Shown here piece after piece: positions 36,646-50,299 of a stretch of DNA of 64,000 nt. The position numbers and the translations under genes were made by a program. Origin of the DNA: Rhodosorus marinus CCMP1338 (lineage: Eukaryota > Plantae > Rhodophyta); NCBI GenBank assembly GCA_029953675.1, contig JAMWBK010000010.1, forward strand, positions 310,001 through 374,000. The letters are read 5' to 3'. The notes under the pieces are model-generated. The model was not told the DNA's origin, ran no database searches, and saw only the letters and a list, made by a program, of their open reading frames with translations. The stretch's first letter is position 1; each line of letters starts with the position of its first letter.

Positions 36646-39600
36646 ACCTCTCCACCAAAATTCTCACAACACCCCCTCCCCCCCCTCCTTCCAAACACTC
36701 CCCCCAACACACGCGAAACAAAGCAATTCCGGTTGTGACCACGTCTATAATGGACCTCTCACCTCCAATATATATTCATCAAATAAAAAGAGGAGAAGCA
36801 GAAGAGGTTCAAGCACGACAAAGTCAGCCAATAACCCTTTCACTAGGCAGTCTTTTCTTCTCCCCAAAGGTCATTAACAAACGCAAAACGAACTGGTAAC
36901 CACCACAAAAAATCCATTTAAAATTAACCAAAAAATCCAATATGCAGTCTATTAAATCTCCGCTTCCAGACCTCGTCCTCTTCGCGAGGAATTAAGACAA
37001 ATTCTCACCCTGAGGCAAAGTCATACGTGTTCTTTTTGTTTCAGGGTTACCCGTCCCTCTCGGGGTTTTAGGTGAAGAAGGGATGGCCTTGGTTGTGAAA
37101 CTGAGGTTTTGATCCGTGGCAGTCCTTGGTTGAACCTTTTTTCTGTTTCTTTTTAGGGAAAGCCGCAATTCAGAATGGATCTGTTCATAACTATGGGTTC
37201 GTCGTCCCCGACGGTCATGAACCCCGTGATATTTCTGTTGCCTGGCCATGTTTGACTTTCGACGTGCGTGTGTGCTTCTGTCGGATGTCAGAATCATGTC
37301 CCTGGCCTTGGTCCGCAAAATAATCTGCTGGTTGGTGTCCTTTGTACCAGCAGTATGAGGGTCGCTGTGTTTGCGGACGAGGCATTGTGCTTTCTACCAT
37401 GGACAAGCAATTTTTGCCCATGGTACAGATGGGAGCGTGAATACTAATTTTAGTCTGGTAGGTGGCGTGGCGTCGTCTATGGATGCAACATGGACGGCGA
37501 TTAAAGAAGGCTCTCGTGTTCTCGAGTTTTGGTCCGTGGTCTTTCACAATTTGAGGACACAACGACTGCCGTATTTAGTGTGCGTGAATCCCCAGACACG
37601 CAACGGAACCATCCGTCCCTATGGGCTATCGCTCTAAGGTATTCTTCACCCTTGTTGCGTTGCATTAACCGACAACGTAGATTCCCTCAACTTTGTAGAC
37701 ATTCGACACCACGAGAACCTGAGCGTGGTCACTGACTCTAGACAACGCTTGTTGACGCTGCCTACAACTTCAGTTGTAGGAGTGACAAGTTCCTGTGATC
37801 ATCAGTAAATTCGAAACCCAGAGCTTGATCCAAACTTCTCTCGATGAGAGTGTTGACTTTCTGATCTATTGGACACCACGATGTGAGAAGTCCCGATCTA
37901 TCTCTGACTAGCCTGGAGGTACTCCATAAGCTCTTTCCACAGTACGGTCCTTGCGTTCAGACGTTTGACTGTCGGAGGCAGTCTCATCTTGTGGTGAATC
38001 CCCGGCACATGATAACCATGATTCAAACTCTGCTTGGAAAGATATCAACTGACCAGGTCCACGAAGAGGCTGCCCCCGGGTTGGAAAACCCATCCATATT
38101 GAAGCAAAGCCGGTCTAGCGAAAGCCTGCGTAGAGTAGTGAAAGGATCTGTCAAGAAGTCCCGCTTCCGAATACCTTTTTCGTTGGGAATGTGCCTGATC
38201 TGGCCATGTCTCTTCGAACGAAACCCATTCCTATCTTACCGACTCTCTATACTTGCACTTGCAATCCGCCTCTGATTAGAAGACATTCCATTCTGCGCCT
38301 GACGGACAGTGTTTCTGTAATCGCTTTCTAATTGGTTAAAAATAATGAAAAGTAACCAATCATCTACCATATGCTAGTCTTTGTTTGAAAATTTAATATT
38401 ATATTACATATATTAAGCAATAGATACTCTAATACGGATGATATTTCTTATTGAACGAACAGATTCCGCACACCTTCTCAGTCGTTATAAATCTCATCAT
38501 GTGGACCAATGGTATCACAGTGAAGCAACTTGCAAAATCGATAAAATTAGGTCCTGCATTGAAAGAGGTTGAATTGCGAATATGAACTGGTCGGGGGAGG
38601 CGGGCAGAGGTGGTAGATTGAGGGTGGAACGCTGACAGGATCTCCTCTTGTTTCGTAGATTTTAAGTGATAGTTGCAACTCACATGCGCGTCCACAATAA
38701 AATGACATCTAGCAGTGAATGTTTTGATCGACTGCTTACTCCAGGTTAGCGAGTGCGGGACATCATTATTACGACACCTACCGATTTGGGGAACGCTGTT
38801 GGTGACTTGTAGCAGAGCAGTGTTCCTAGGTGTCCCCCTAGACACCAAGTTTGTCCCGTGTTTGCAATAACACGCATCAGAATCCTTGTAAGAACATATG
38901 CTAAGACGACGGTTCTGTTGTCCATTGAGGACTTGAAGCCTCTGCTAAATTGGGGAGCCTCACCAAGCAGGCCTTTTCTAGGTTACACGGAAGTCACGCT
39001 ATATATCACTAGAAACGTGATCAAGTCACAGTTGCCTAGTCTCAGACTGAATGAGCCGCTTTCCACTACAACCGGCTATTTTTTGTTTGCTCCAAATTTT
39101 TGACTAGATCAAGGACACCAATCACACAAAAAGCTCTGCGTGCTACGCAAAGCCAGGTAGTGGCCCCATGGCTACTTAAATCAATCTATACCAAGACCAG
39201 AAGATCAAAATTTAGTCCCTACTTCAACCGTTTCTTTTTCGTTGAAAAGAAAATAGATTCAATACCCCACTCATCACCCATTTTGGCCCGTGGCCAAACT
39301 GGATACGAAGTCAGTAGAACAGGCAGAAAACACCTTCGGAAAAACATGAGGCGTGCGGAACCCGCTCTGGCTTTCCCCCATCCCTTAAGTTTTTGAAAAA
39401 CAAATCAATGATGAAATCCACGACTGGTCCCCAAGCGACGAGCACGAATTTTCAAAACCTGGAATTCCTTGTATTTTTCCTCCTAATAGTGCGAATATTC
39501 TTCTATTAAACAACAATCCGTATCGCAACAGCTATCCTGTCGTCTCCACCCCTTTGTTTGCTGGAAACGACTGCCGAGGAAAATATCTGTGATAAGGTAA

Positions 39601-41705
39601 AAAATATGGTTTATTCTTATTTTCAAGTGAGAGGATTGGATTCCCGCGCTAACAGAAACGAATTCCGCCAAGCGGTGGGTAGGCAAGTTATCATCTCATT
39701 CGGAGTTTTTCTTATGTTGTTTAGACACATATATGGTATACAACATGTTGTATTGAATATAATCAATTCTTGCAAACCAAGTTAGTTTTCAATCATTATT
39801 GAGCCAGGAATATCCCGATGGGAAGCCAAGCGAATAGGCGGAATGAAGAGTTATTTTCTTTAAATAAATGTTTAAATAAATGATTGATTTCTCCTTTCCG
39901 TCAGTTACAAATCCATTCCATCCAAAAAAAAAAAAAATCATTCGGGCAAAATTGCCTCCCCTGATGGGTGTCACAGCCTCTGGTTAGTACACACATACTC
40001 GTGAAAATTTCAACTATATACATGACCTAGTTCGGGTCAATCCGGTAGTACTAAACGTTCAGTGAAAATATCAATCAGGGGTAGCTCCATATCTAGTGCG
40101 TTGTCAAGTTTAATTGGCTGGGATGCGCTTTGATATTTTGACGATTCTGCATATATAACGAATTGTTTTCCATCCATATAGATCGAATTTGATGCCTGAT
40201 GAGAATTCGCAATAGAAATTCAGGACCAGCGAAACAACGTATGGAACATAGGGGTGGTAAGGAGATGGAAGGGGGGGTCGGGTCGGGGGCTACGAATCAG
40301 TCAGTCCCTAGTTGTGTCAGAAAATTCTGCCAACAATGTAAACAGAACAAAGAATGAAAAATCTTCAAGTACTTTTTCGGCGGTTCAACCACATTCCCCA
40401 AATAGCTACAGGGTTGTGGCCAATACGCCATCTAGAAAGTCCGACATACATCCCCCCCCTCCTCTTTTCCCTCCTTTCCGATCCCCCACCCCCTCGGAAA
40501 GATCGCAACGCGGCAAACCGTTTAGCCCACAGAAAAGAGAGCAATGAACAAGGGGGGTAAACGCGGACTCGGAAAAACAAAACTCCGTAAACGTCATCCA
40601 ATATTCAATCAATATTCGGATGTATATTTCAATAATATTATATAAAATCTAAAAATTGATTGAATAGGTATTCGACGGTTAAAAGGAAGAGTTCCACAAA
40701 TGGGGTGCGTCGTCGAGGCGTAGGATGGGGATACCATTTTCATGTTGCGCTTGTTTATCAATACGAGAATGCTTAGATTTTTTATATGGTTTTTGGGGAT
40801 ACCATGAATGGTCATTGTTCAATGAAGCGGGAAGAAGGTTTGGGGGGTTGGAAAGAACCATTGCCAGTGGGAAAAGGTGTTCAGTAAATGAATTGGTCAA
40901 GAAGTGGAAGCAGGGGGGGGTGTAGTTGAGTTCCGTGTATTCATCCAAACTTCGTTTAGGAGCATTAAATACAATGGATTCAAATCTTGACGTATTGGTT
41001 AGACCGGTGAATTGAAATCCTCAGGAAGGGGTTTTAGCGCTTTGCATGGGTGGTTATCGGCACGTCTACTCGATTGGAGTTAACTCTAGGGAGTAGTGGT
41101 TTGGGGGGGAAGGAATGGAATATGGAATCAATTTTATGAGGTTGGGAAAGGATGGAATTCTGTTATTGCTGTTTTTTTTGTTTAGGTTGTTTTTGGTTTT
41201 GTGGTTTGTCTTTCGCGCCTCTCCTGTGACGTTTTCTCTTCTGCTTTTATTTTGGGCATCGTCGAGGGATACGCTAAAAAAGGTTTGAGGGGGGGGGGGA
41301 GGGGGATTGTCCCTGTGTGAAGAAAAAGCCGGTTAGATGGGTTGGTTGCCTTTTCGAATTTAGGTCGTGGAAATCTTCAGTGTTTTGGGTTGGCGCGGTG
41401 TGGGACAGGGGAAGGTTTCTAAGCTGTTTGACTGTCCTGTTGGAGTTTGGGGGAAGTAGGGTAAACTGTGCTCAGTGCATTCGGGGAGGGGAAAGAAAAA
41501 GGGTGATGGGGATATTCGGACTTGGGGGCGATGGGTGGATGCGTTGATTTGGTTTGATAGGCTGTTGGATTGGATTGTACTTGTTTTCCGGATCGGGTTT
41601 GCTGGGTGATCTGTTGGACTATTAGGGTCCTTGGCGAAGATCGTTTTGTCGACAGTGTAAAGGGGATTGTTGGTTGTGTTGTTCCTTTTTCGGTATTTGA
41701 GAAAG

Positions 41706-43139
41706 ATGCTAGGATTTTCGAGACGTGTAGAGGTGAGGCGGTGTCCCCTTCGACCGCTGGAGAGACGAAGTACTGGCATGCCCCTTGCCTTCGCCTTCCA
41801 GACGACCTCCGCGGTAGAGGTTCTTGGCTCGATGGCTATTGCGTGCCGTGGACTGTTTAAGGAATTCGATAATATCGTGTCAACTCTGTTCAGCGAGGAG
41901 AATGCAAAGTATTTAGTTGCCGGAGTAAGCGATCATGGTCGAAGCGAAGGCTTGCCATCCAGTATTCTGAGTTTTCATCCGAGCCTAGTACCTGACAGCC
42001 TGTCTCGTTTATCTGATCGCTTCTTCCGTTAGGCACTGGCTGGGATTGTCTCGAGAACTTTTGTCTCCCCGTTGGAAGTTGTAGCAACAGTGAACATGTG
42101 CTCAGCCGGTAGCTGCGCCCCTCCAATGGAGCAGCTGAGGCAATTGTTCGTGACTGAAGGATTCAAGGGTTTCTTCCGCGGAAACCTCGCAAACTGCATG
42201 AAAGTAAGATATCTGACCCAAGGATTTCTTCGCACATCACTCCTGTAGACTCAAATTCGGGCTTTCTGTACACATTCGACAGGTTGCTCCGACGAAAGGA
42301 ATCCAGTTCGTCACCTTTGAGCTGTTCAAAAGACTGATATCGAAAATCCGCCAAGCTCAGGGACGAGACACGAAGACGTCGTTGCATCCAGTGGAGCGAT
42401 TAGCTGCGGGAGGTGCGGCAGGCGTCGCCGCTGCGCTAGTATGCTACCCTCTGGAAGTGGCGAAGACCCTTCTGACAACCCACCCTGAAACATATAAGGG
42501 CGTCTTCGGGACGTTGTATACGGTTGTGAGGCAGCAGGGAGTTCGGGTAAGTACAACAAAAATCTCGAGCTGAATGGAGCGCGTATGTAGCTACGTACTT
42601 GGTGCTGAGAGTCTATGTTGGATGTCGGAAACGTTTGCGTAGAGTTTGTACCGTGGACTTGCTCCTACGTTGCTCGCCATGTTTCCGTATGTGGGATTGG
42701 AGTTTATGATATATGAGCACTTGAAGCTGAGATACGAAGAGTGGACCAACAACGAACGACCCCATATCATGGTTCTGCTCAGCATTGGAGCCGTGGCTGG
42801 AGCTAGTGCTCTAACCGTCTGCCACCCGCTGGACGTGGTGCGCAAGAGGATGCAGCTCCAGGGAGTGGGTGGTAGGCCAATTCAATATAGTGGATTCTTC
42901 GACGCGATGAAGAGCATCGCTAAACAGGAAGGTGCTCCAGCGCTGTATCGAGGTGAGTTCACCTACGGTTCGGCGGGTTTCATTTCAGAATAGCCAATCA
43001 CTTTCTGAACAATTTTCTACCGACCGGTCACCGTATAGGACTCTCACCGACTTACATGAGCGTCTTCCCCTCCGCTGGGGTATCCTACGTTATCTATGAA
43101 GGGGCAAAGACCGCCTTGGGAGTTCGATCCTTCTCTTGA
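41706..43139 (+). CDS. SLC25 carrier with N-terminal extension, BT1/adenine-nucleotide-carrier-like; start codon uncertain
   Basis: Introns 41925-42032, 42204-42282, 42547-42642 and 42953-43038 give FRGNLANCMKVAPTKGIQF, VERLAAGGAAG..CYPLEVAKTLLT, LYRGLAPTL..MFPYVG, CHPLDVVRKRMQ. Confidence 0.85.
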
Positions 43140-43910
43140 GGGCGCCCCCACGGGGTTCTTTTCGTTGACAGTCTCCACGCAGCGAATTAGAATTTCAAAC
43201 TATCCTCCGCAAGGACCCGATAGAGGATAGAAACGGGTTTTAGGTCGCCCACTATAAGCGGCCAACTCCTCCCCCCACCCCCCAGCCCTCCCTGAGCATC
43301 CCATCTACCTGTTTGTAATGTAGGCGCGCTTGAGAGTGAAAGGAACACGAAAGAGAGAGAAAGCTAGTTTGTTGCTGACCTTTTTTGGTTGAAATGGTGC
43401 TCAGTGACTGATCTATCGATAGATCTGAATGTAATGTGACTGGACCCGCTTGAGTCGAAGGGCGACGAGCGATGCTTCCGTTCTGTTTCTTATTCTGGTC
43501 GATGGGTATGGGGGACGGTTTGCTTAGATTGGGATGGAAGATGTTCGAATGGGCAACCGGGGCTAGTTGGGGGACGTCCTAGGAGTTTTTTTCGTTCCTG
43601 CGTTGGTCGAGCGGTGACGGATTCATACGTCCATTGTTTTTCTCTTAACAGTTTTAGTTTGGAAGCTTTTTTTGGGAGAGAGGTTGTATACATAGGGATT
43701 TTTGTTTTTGTACGACCGTCTTCTTCACTCTTAAATGCGTGTGATTGTTTGAGTGAGGTGCTCGTTTTGGTCGGTGAGGCAGATTCTCGTTTGAGGAGTT
43801 CCGCCTTTTTTTTGGTTCGGAAATAAATAGGTCTCTCGATTTTCTGTTATCCCCTCAGAGGCAGCGCTGCTCAATCGAACGCGTTGTAGCTTCTGATGCG
43901 AGGTTTCTAG

Positions 43911-46900
43911 CTACGTTGTGTCGGTTGACTTCAGGAGAGATTCTCTTAATGGAACTCGAAAGTAGATACCTTTCTCTTCCATGATTGCGGTGATGTCTGC
44001 CGCCTCCGCTCGGGACATGCTGTTGCCCAACGAGTCGAGCGCGTCAACCCAAAAGGCCTTGCACCAGGAGCAGTGAGTAGCGCCGCGTAGAAATTCCCTC
44101 CTTCGATCTCCTTCAGGGCTCAGCTCAAGCAATAGTCTCCACGCCCACGGGCTCTTCGAACCTGTTCTCGCAACGCACCTGCTGAGCATTGCGTGTGCGC
44201 GATTCCTAGCATAGATTGAGACGGTTCTCAGGGTACGTGAAGAACGAAAATTTCCAAAACTGTAACCGGCTTACCGTTCATTTAGGCTTCGTAGAGTAAA
44301 CGCGGCCACAACATAAGGCCGAGCGTTGTCAGGAGCAACGGTTGTGAGCTTGTACAAAAGTCTCCTCGAATCACTCTGGCGGAAGCTGACTGCGAGAGCA
44401 GCGTTGATTCCGAGTAGCAGTTGATCTCCAGGATTCTCCATCAGCCCCGAAACGAGAGTCCGTTTCAAGGCCGTAGTCGCTCCTCTCCCTGATTTTTGGA
44501 GGTGAGCGAAGAGCAGCACATATGCTGTGACCCAGCTGATTTCCTGTCGCAGCCCCGGGTGATTCTCAAGCAACTCCGCGGCCACCGACGCAACTGATTC
44601 GGCACCTACAGCTAAGAGTTCGAAAGACACAACAGATAGGAGTGCATCCAAGCGCTCCCCGTCGCGACAAGAATCCAATCGTTCCCTCAGCTCACGCCTG
44701 AACTTCAACACGTCTGTTCTTGATGCTGGCCCACTCTCGGCGCCGGAAATCGACGTTACAATCTTGCCCGCGGCGTCTTTGTGATTGAAGAACCTACAGC
44801 TATAGATTCGAATCAGATTACATGTCGCGACAGAGACGGGCTCAGGCTTCGTGGACATATTCTTCAGTTGCATATAAATATTCACAGCCTGCTCGAGCTT
44901 TCCTTCCCTAGTCGTTTAAGAGAAGCAGAGAATGAACACCATTTCAGAAGCCAGTACATGACTTCAAGCCCTGTTTCCTTAGACTGGCCTACCTTTCAAG
45001 CGTTCCAGCCAACGTATTGTACAATGAATACTGGTCAGGATTCCTTTTGAGAAGTTTCCTCGCACATTTTTTGGCAGCGTCGTGTCCCTCACGAACCGAT
45101 GTCAACATCACTGTCTCAGGGCCACAGAGGTTGGGCCTCAAAGCGCTGACTTCTCTAAGGATGGCGAGTGCAAAGTCAGCACGATTTGATTCCACCTCCT
45201 TGAACCGCTCAAAGTCAACGCCGTGCTTGATGAGGCCGTACAGCCTTCGAAGGAAGCTCTCAGGACTATCAAATGTGTCCAGCAGAGAAGTGGCGACGAG
45301 CACCGACGAATCCGCAGTCCAACCGCTTAGCTCAGGAAGCGGTTCATAACCTGTTCCCGATTCTCCAAAGTCCCACAGCCTCACTGCACATACCATCTGA
45401 ATCAGCTCAGCTATTAGACGTCTCAGGAACCGATCCCAAGGTGCCTTGCCCGAAGCGGCGGATGCTAGAATTATGTCTTCCATCCCGACAAGCCTCTCAG
45501 CAACTCGCAGCGCCTCGGCTATGAGCATCTCCCTCCCTGATCCCAATCCAATAGATGCAGGGTTTCTGACCGGGAGCCATTGATCCTCCTGAGCATGATT
45601 CTCATCGCCGATCCATTTTCTCACAAGATCACATGCATCCACATCCTCCTTCTCGTATGCGGCCTCTACTGCCTCCTGAACGTCTTGATACTCCTCATCG
45701 CTGCTCGCAGACCATTCGTTCTCACTGCCGGACTGGGAGTTGTCTGCAACAGATGATCCGGTACCTGCTGAATCTTCTTCCGCGCCCAGATCGCCATTCG
45801 CATCCTCCTCGTTGATGTTCGATGTATCGGCCGCGGTACCGTCCGACGGTGGCTTGATTGGGAGCGTTGTCCATAATCTTGACACCGGTGGAGGGGGGGG
45901 TGGGGGGATCGAGCTCTGCCTTATTCCCGGACTGGGAGGTGGTGGAGCAGTTGATGTCCCAGGAGGAGGAGGAGGAGGTGGTGGTGGTGGTTTCCCGGTC
46001 GACAACTGGTCGGAAGTTGGTTGCTCTCTGCCGTATCCGGAGAGTCGAAGTCTAGTTTCCACAGCCCACGAACCCCAACCCTTACCTCCCTGTTCACCAA
46101 TGCGTGGAGCACCGCTTCTCCAGAAAGCCGAAAAAAGGATTTTTTGCGCCTCATGAGACAAGGCTGCCAAGAGAACGTCACATGCATCCTGGGTCAGTTC
46201 CACCGTAGCCCAAACTTGGCGATCAAGAGCGACGGAGGGGCAGAAACACGAACTCACCTGGGCCCTGTACTTCTGGAGAAAACAGTCCATACTCAAGCAG
46301 CGCCTGCAGCAGTCCAATCGCCCGCTCTGCCTTTCCTGAGGCGAAAAGGACCCTAGCGTGTGCCATGATTAGCTCCAATCGGTCCTGAATAGGAATAAAT
46401 AAAAGCGACCTGACCGAGTCAGCATGAGCACCAGATCATCTTCGTTCTCAATCCTCCCTCATAAAACCGAGAAACGCTCCCCAATACCTCCTCTGTCTCA
46501 GGGTACGGAGCGAGTGCTTCCACTCCAGCTGTGCAAAGATCAGCCACTCTCTCAACGGAGAAGAACGAAAGGCTCGAAAGCGCGTGCCGGAGCCTCTCAA
46601 TCCAAATGACACCTACTCCAGGGTTGTCCTTGACGGCCTTTTCAAAAGCATAGTCAGCGTCACTCGCTGTCCAGCGTTCCGAAACAATCTCCAAGTATCT
46701 CAGAACCAGAGACACCCTAGATTGCTCAGCACGTGGGATCTCAGCCAGTGCCTTGGCTAGGATTGAAATCTTCCTCTCAGTCACCACAGACGCTTCCTGA
46801 AGTCCAGCGTTACTCAGCGTATCTAGGTAAGAGCAAGAAGCTTGACTTTCAGTGAAACCAGTTGAACCGTATTGGGCCAGTCAGGTGTCCAAAGCTTCAG

Positions 46901-47897
46901 TTTAGATGAGCAACGATGGAGCTCACGCAGATCGTGTCTCGCAGAGCAAACGTGACTTTGGTGCTCGGACACGTATGGATCCGTACTCGAGACAGAGGAT
47001 AATAACTGCTCGCGTCGTCTTACCTTGAAAAGCCACTAAAGCCAGCCAAGCACTGGCATCTGACGGATTTTCTCTAGTAGCCGTATTGAGCTCACGTACT
47101 CTATTCCTAGTCGATGAGATGAATTCTTCTTCGCTGTCAACTTCATCAGATGACCGTTCACCTTGCCTGAAGGAAATGAAGTTTTGACCGTCCTTCTCTT
47201 TTTCTGTATCTGACTTCCGAATGTAATGCGCGGGAGGTAGTCTGCGAGACGCTCGAGAGAAAAATCTCGCTGTGGTCTGGGAGAAGGTGCCAATATCGTT
47301 GGAAGATCTGTGGATGCGGTTGACCCGGCGGCGGTAGTATGGAACGTCTTTTGTGTATGGAGAACCGAAAGCCATGTTGTTAGGGTCGGCATTGTTGTCG
47401 ATGAAGAAACAGCGAACAGCGATCTGTCGTGAGAAATCTGCTGGTTTTGGGATTATCGCAGTTGCCGTTTTCTGTCGAGTCTCGAACAAACTCTCATCGA
47501 CCTCGATCTGTTCTAGCGCTGGACGTTCTACCCTGGCGTTCAATGACCGAATTCGATCAGTGCGCGACCTCTTCTTCTCTCTCTTACGATGCTTTTCTCC
47601 CTTTTTCCTCTTTCTCTCATGAGATCTTCCATCCCCTTTCTCCCGCTCCTTCTCCTTCTCACTTTCGTCTGCTCAGACGACGCACAAGACAAAAAACGAA
47701 AACAAACTTAGAAAACGTGGATCAAACTCATCATCAAACAAGGGAGCCTTACCCGAATCCTCAAATTTGGCCGGACGGAATGACTTGAACCTGCCAATGC
47801 CTTCAGGGGCGCTCAGATTCGATCGATCTAGTCCTCGCCTTTCGCCTCTTACTCCTACTCTTGAAGACTTGCCTTCACCAGGTATCGATGCCTCCAT
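43911..47897 (-). CDS. NRDE2: NRDE-2 (nuclear exosome regulator / nuclear RNAi factor), HAT-repeat protein; multi-exon
   Basis: N-terminal FFIDNNADPNNMAFGSPYTKDVPYY; RENPSDASAWLALVAFQ; KISILAKAL; C-terminal HCSWCKAFWVD...IMEEKGIYFR. Start codon uncertain. Confidence 0.85.
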
Positions 47898-49302
47898 ACC
47901 AAAATCCAAAGAAACTCACTCTGAAAGAAATATCAACCAATCTTCCATCATACCAAATCCATGTTGCTGAGAACAATCTCTTCCTCTGCTTAACCACGAG
48001 GGGTTCGAATTGAAGCCTTCCGCAACAAGACCCTACTGAACGCCCTCCTGCCTTCGCTCAGGACTTCTAATCTCGTTACTCACCAGTAGTTCATTCACGA
48101 ACACGTTTGAAAACATCCAATGCCGAGCGCCAATCTCTTGTCTTCGCCCTGCAGTTCTTGCCAAGCTTATCCACAAAGACTTTGAAAAACCTCCACCCTG
48201 TCCTTCCTCCTTAAGGCCCCAACAAGCCCGCTGACTCCTCTCAATCCCGTTTGAGGTTAAGCTCTAAAAGCTCTGCTTCTTCCTCTCACGGTGTTCTTTT
48301 CTTGTGCTTAATAACTCAGGAAGACGCTGCGAATCGCAACTGGCCTCCGTCTTCTTCACGGACCTTTCGCCCATCTAAGCTCTCCTACAGGACTCAGTTC
48401 GCTTGTATTTCAGGTCTTTGGTTCTTCTACGAAGGATGAATGCTGATCAAGCTGCCACACTACTTTGCCAATGTAGCTCTGAAGATAACTATCTCAGGCG
48501 TCATACCTCACCGCGAGTATGAACAAGTCTGGAAGTCTGCTTGTCAGTTGCGCTTGTGTGCGGTGAACTCCTTGATCTCGAGTCCATCTCTGAGGCCGTC
48601 TCCCAGTCACTTGGATGAGGATCTTCCTCAACCCCATGGTTTTGACTCGTCTGATTCTGACCCTGCCCCAGGTCGGATCTGTGTTCCCAGACTTCGTGCG
48701 GTTTCGAGTGCAATGGCTCTCGGGTAGATTGGGATTGCACTGGATCTACTTGGATAGCTTGAGCTTCACTGCAAGCCGCTGGATTCGACACCCCCCCTGA
48801 AGTACGTTCCGAGTCGAGTCAAGACGATGTAGTCTTCCTCGAAAACATTGTTCTGTTCTTTGTCTCTTCAGCTGGGGACAGCGAGAGTGGCACCTGCTCA
48901 GGTGGATATTGGCCCAGACATACGATATTGGCCCAGACATACTTGACAGATGGAATCTAGTTCACTGGCTTGAAGACATCATCATTATAGTGAGACCTTG
49001 GATGGCAAAGAACTATTAACCGTTTCTGAGAAAGTGCATCGTCGCCGAACGTGTCGCATGGTCGGACCTTTGTAGTGGTGTTTTCCGTTGGCGGGCTCGA
49101 TGGATTCGTGTTGTCGTCCGTCTTCCAGTTGTCCAGTTCGCAACTGACAAAACTTGCGAAGAAAACCACTAAATGGAACTTTACCTAGTCTCGTACTGGA
49201 TCTAGTACTTCGCGGGGACATTGTCATATTGCAGATCTATCGCTCGTGAGCGTTTGCCGCTAGACTGGCGACCTTTTGATCGTCGGTATCAGTTTAGACT
49301 GT

Positions 49303-49965
49303 TCACAAGCTAACGCTGTCAATGACATCTAGCAGGGTCTGAACTTCGTGATCGGTATACGCGACGAGATGTACACTGACGCCTTCGTAGGCATGTTTAA
49401 AGATCGAGCTTACGCCGATTCTGAGAACGTCATCGAGGCCACGGCTTCCACGATAAACCCCAGCGCTGATAAGCGGAAATCCGATGCTCTTCAGGTTCTT
49501 CGCTTTGCAGGCTTGTAGAGCCGTAGCATAGGCGCTTGATAGCAATGAATCGGCTTCACGGGTCTCAACGACGTTATAGTTCGGTCCAACAGAGAGCACA
49601 ACATGCTGGACACTCAGTGTACCGTACTGACCTTGAGGGGCTGGCCCGACGACAACAGACTGACCTACAGGCACGCGTACCGCAGTCCGGGCTTCTACTA
49701 TAGGGATTTGTGCGCGAGCCGCTGCAAGCTCAGGACCTCCTCGTCTAGTAATGATTCCGTCGATTCCTCCTCCAGTCAGCGCCTGTTCATTGGCAGAGTT
49801 CACCAACGCATCCCCTCGAAAGTCGGCCACGGATCCTTGACTCGCGTACAAGAATGCCGAGCGTGCGTGAATACCTGGTATGCCTATCTTTTTCAGTACC
49901 TGAAAACCGAGATCTTCTGACATTGTGTTAATTCCTCCAAGGAAGCGCCGACAGAGAGAGCCCAT
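49303..49965 (-). CDS. Macro domain protein (MacroD/YmdB-like ADP-ribose binding/hydrolase), intronless
   Basis: GDALVNSAN..LTGGGIDG..ITRRGGPEL, VVLSVGPNY, SIGFPLISAGVY. Confidence 0.9.
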   Translation of the reverse strand: MGSLCRRFLGGINTMSEDLGFQVLKKIGIPGIHARSAFLYASQGSVADFRGDALVNSANEQALTGGGIDGIITRRGGPELAAARAQIPIVEARTAVRVPVGQSVVVGPAPQGQYGTLSVQHVVLSVGPNYNVVETREADSLLSSAYATALQACKAKNLKSIGFPLISAGVYRGSRGLDDVLRIGVSSIFKHAYEGVSVHLVAYTDHEVQTLLDVIDSVSL

Positions 49966-50136
49966 ACCATCGCCGCCTGCCAGCAGAATGTCTCAAACCT
50001 ACCTGAACACAATCAGACGCAATATGCACAGTCGATCTCGTTCTAAGCACGAAAGCTTCGGGAGAGTCGACCTCGAGCTCTAGGGGAACTGGACGTCAAG
50101 GCAAGGTCTCGATCAGAACTATCATTGACGGTTTCA

Positions 50137-50217
50137 GACGAATCGTCCCAAAACAAATGAGGGCGTTCAGTGCAGCAAGAGTCAATCAAGCTTGAAGAAG
50201 ACTCAGACTAGACTCCA
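50137..50217 (+). repeat. Left-side copy of the ~170-190-bp tandem repeat found at 58600-59130
   Basis: Ungapped 81-nt alignment with 59050-59130 shows 13 mismatches (manual count), e.g. shared GCGTTCAGT and TTGAAGAAGACTCAGA(C/G)TAGACTCCA. Confidence 0.9.
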
Positions 50218-50299
50218 GGAATGAGGGCATTGGATGGTGTCAGGTTGCGGCTGGTGATGATTGATTGGATTTGCGATACAGACCCTTTAGATCGATGCT

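Noticed and set aside
36992-40950. Assorted 60-140-aa ORFs in the AT-richer interval between the PMP34-like and BT1-like genes
   Set aside because: No recognisable domains or coherent exon chain.
23404-43139. Three SLC25 carriers within 20 kb as a functional cluster
   Set aside because: They belong to different subfamilies (Rim2-like, PMP34-like, BT1-like), are not adjacent, and the family is large.
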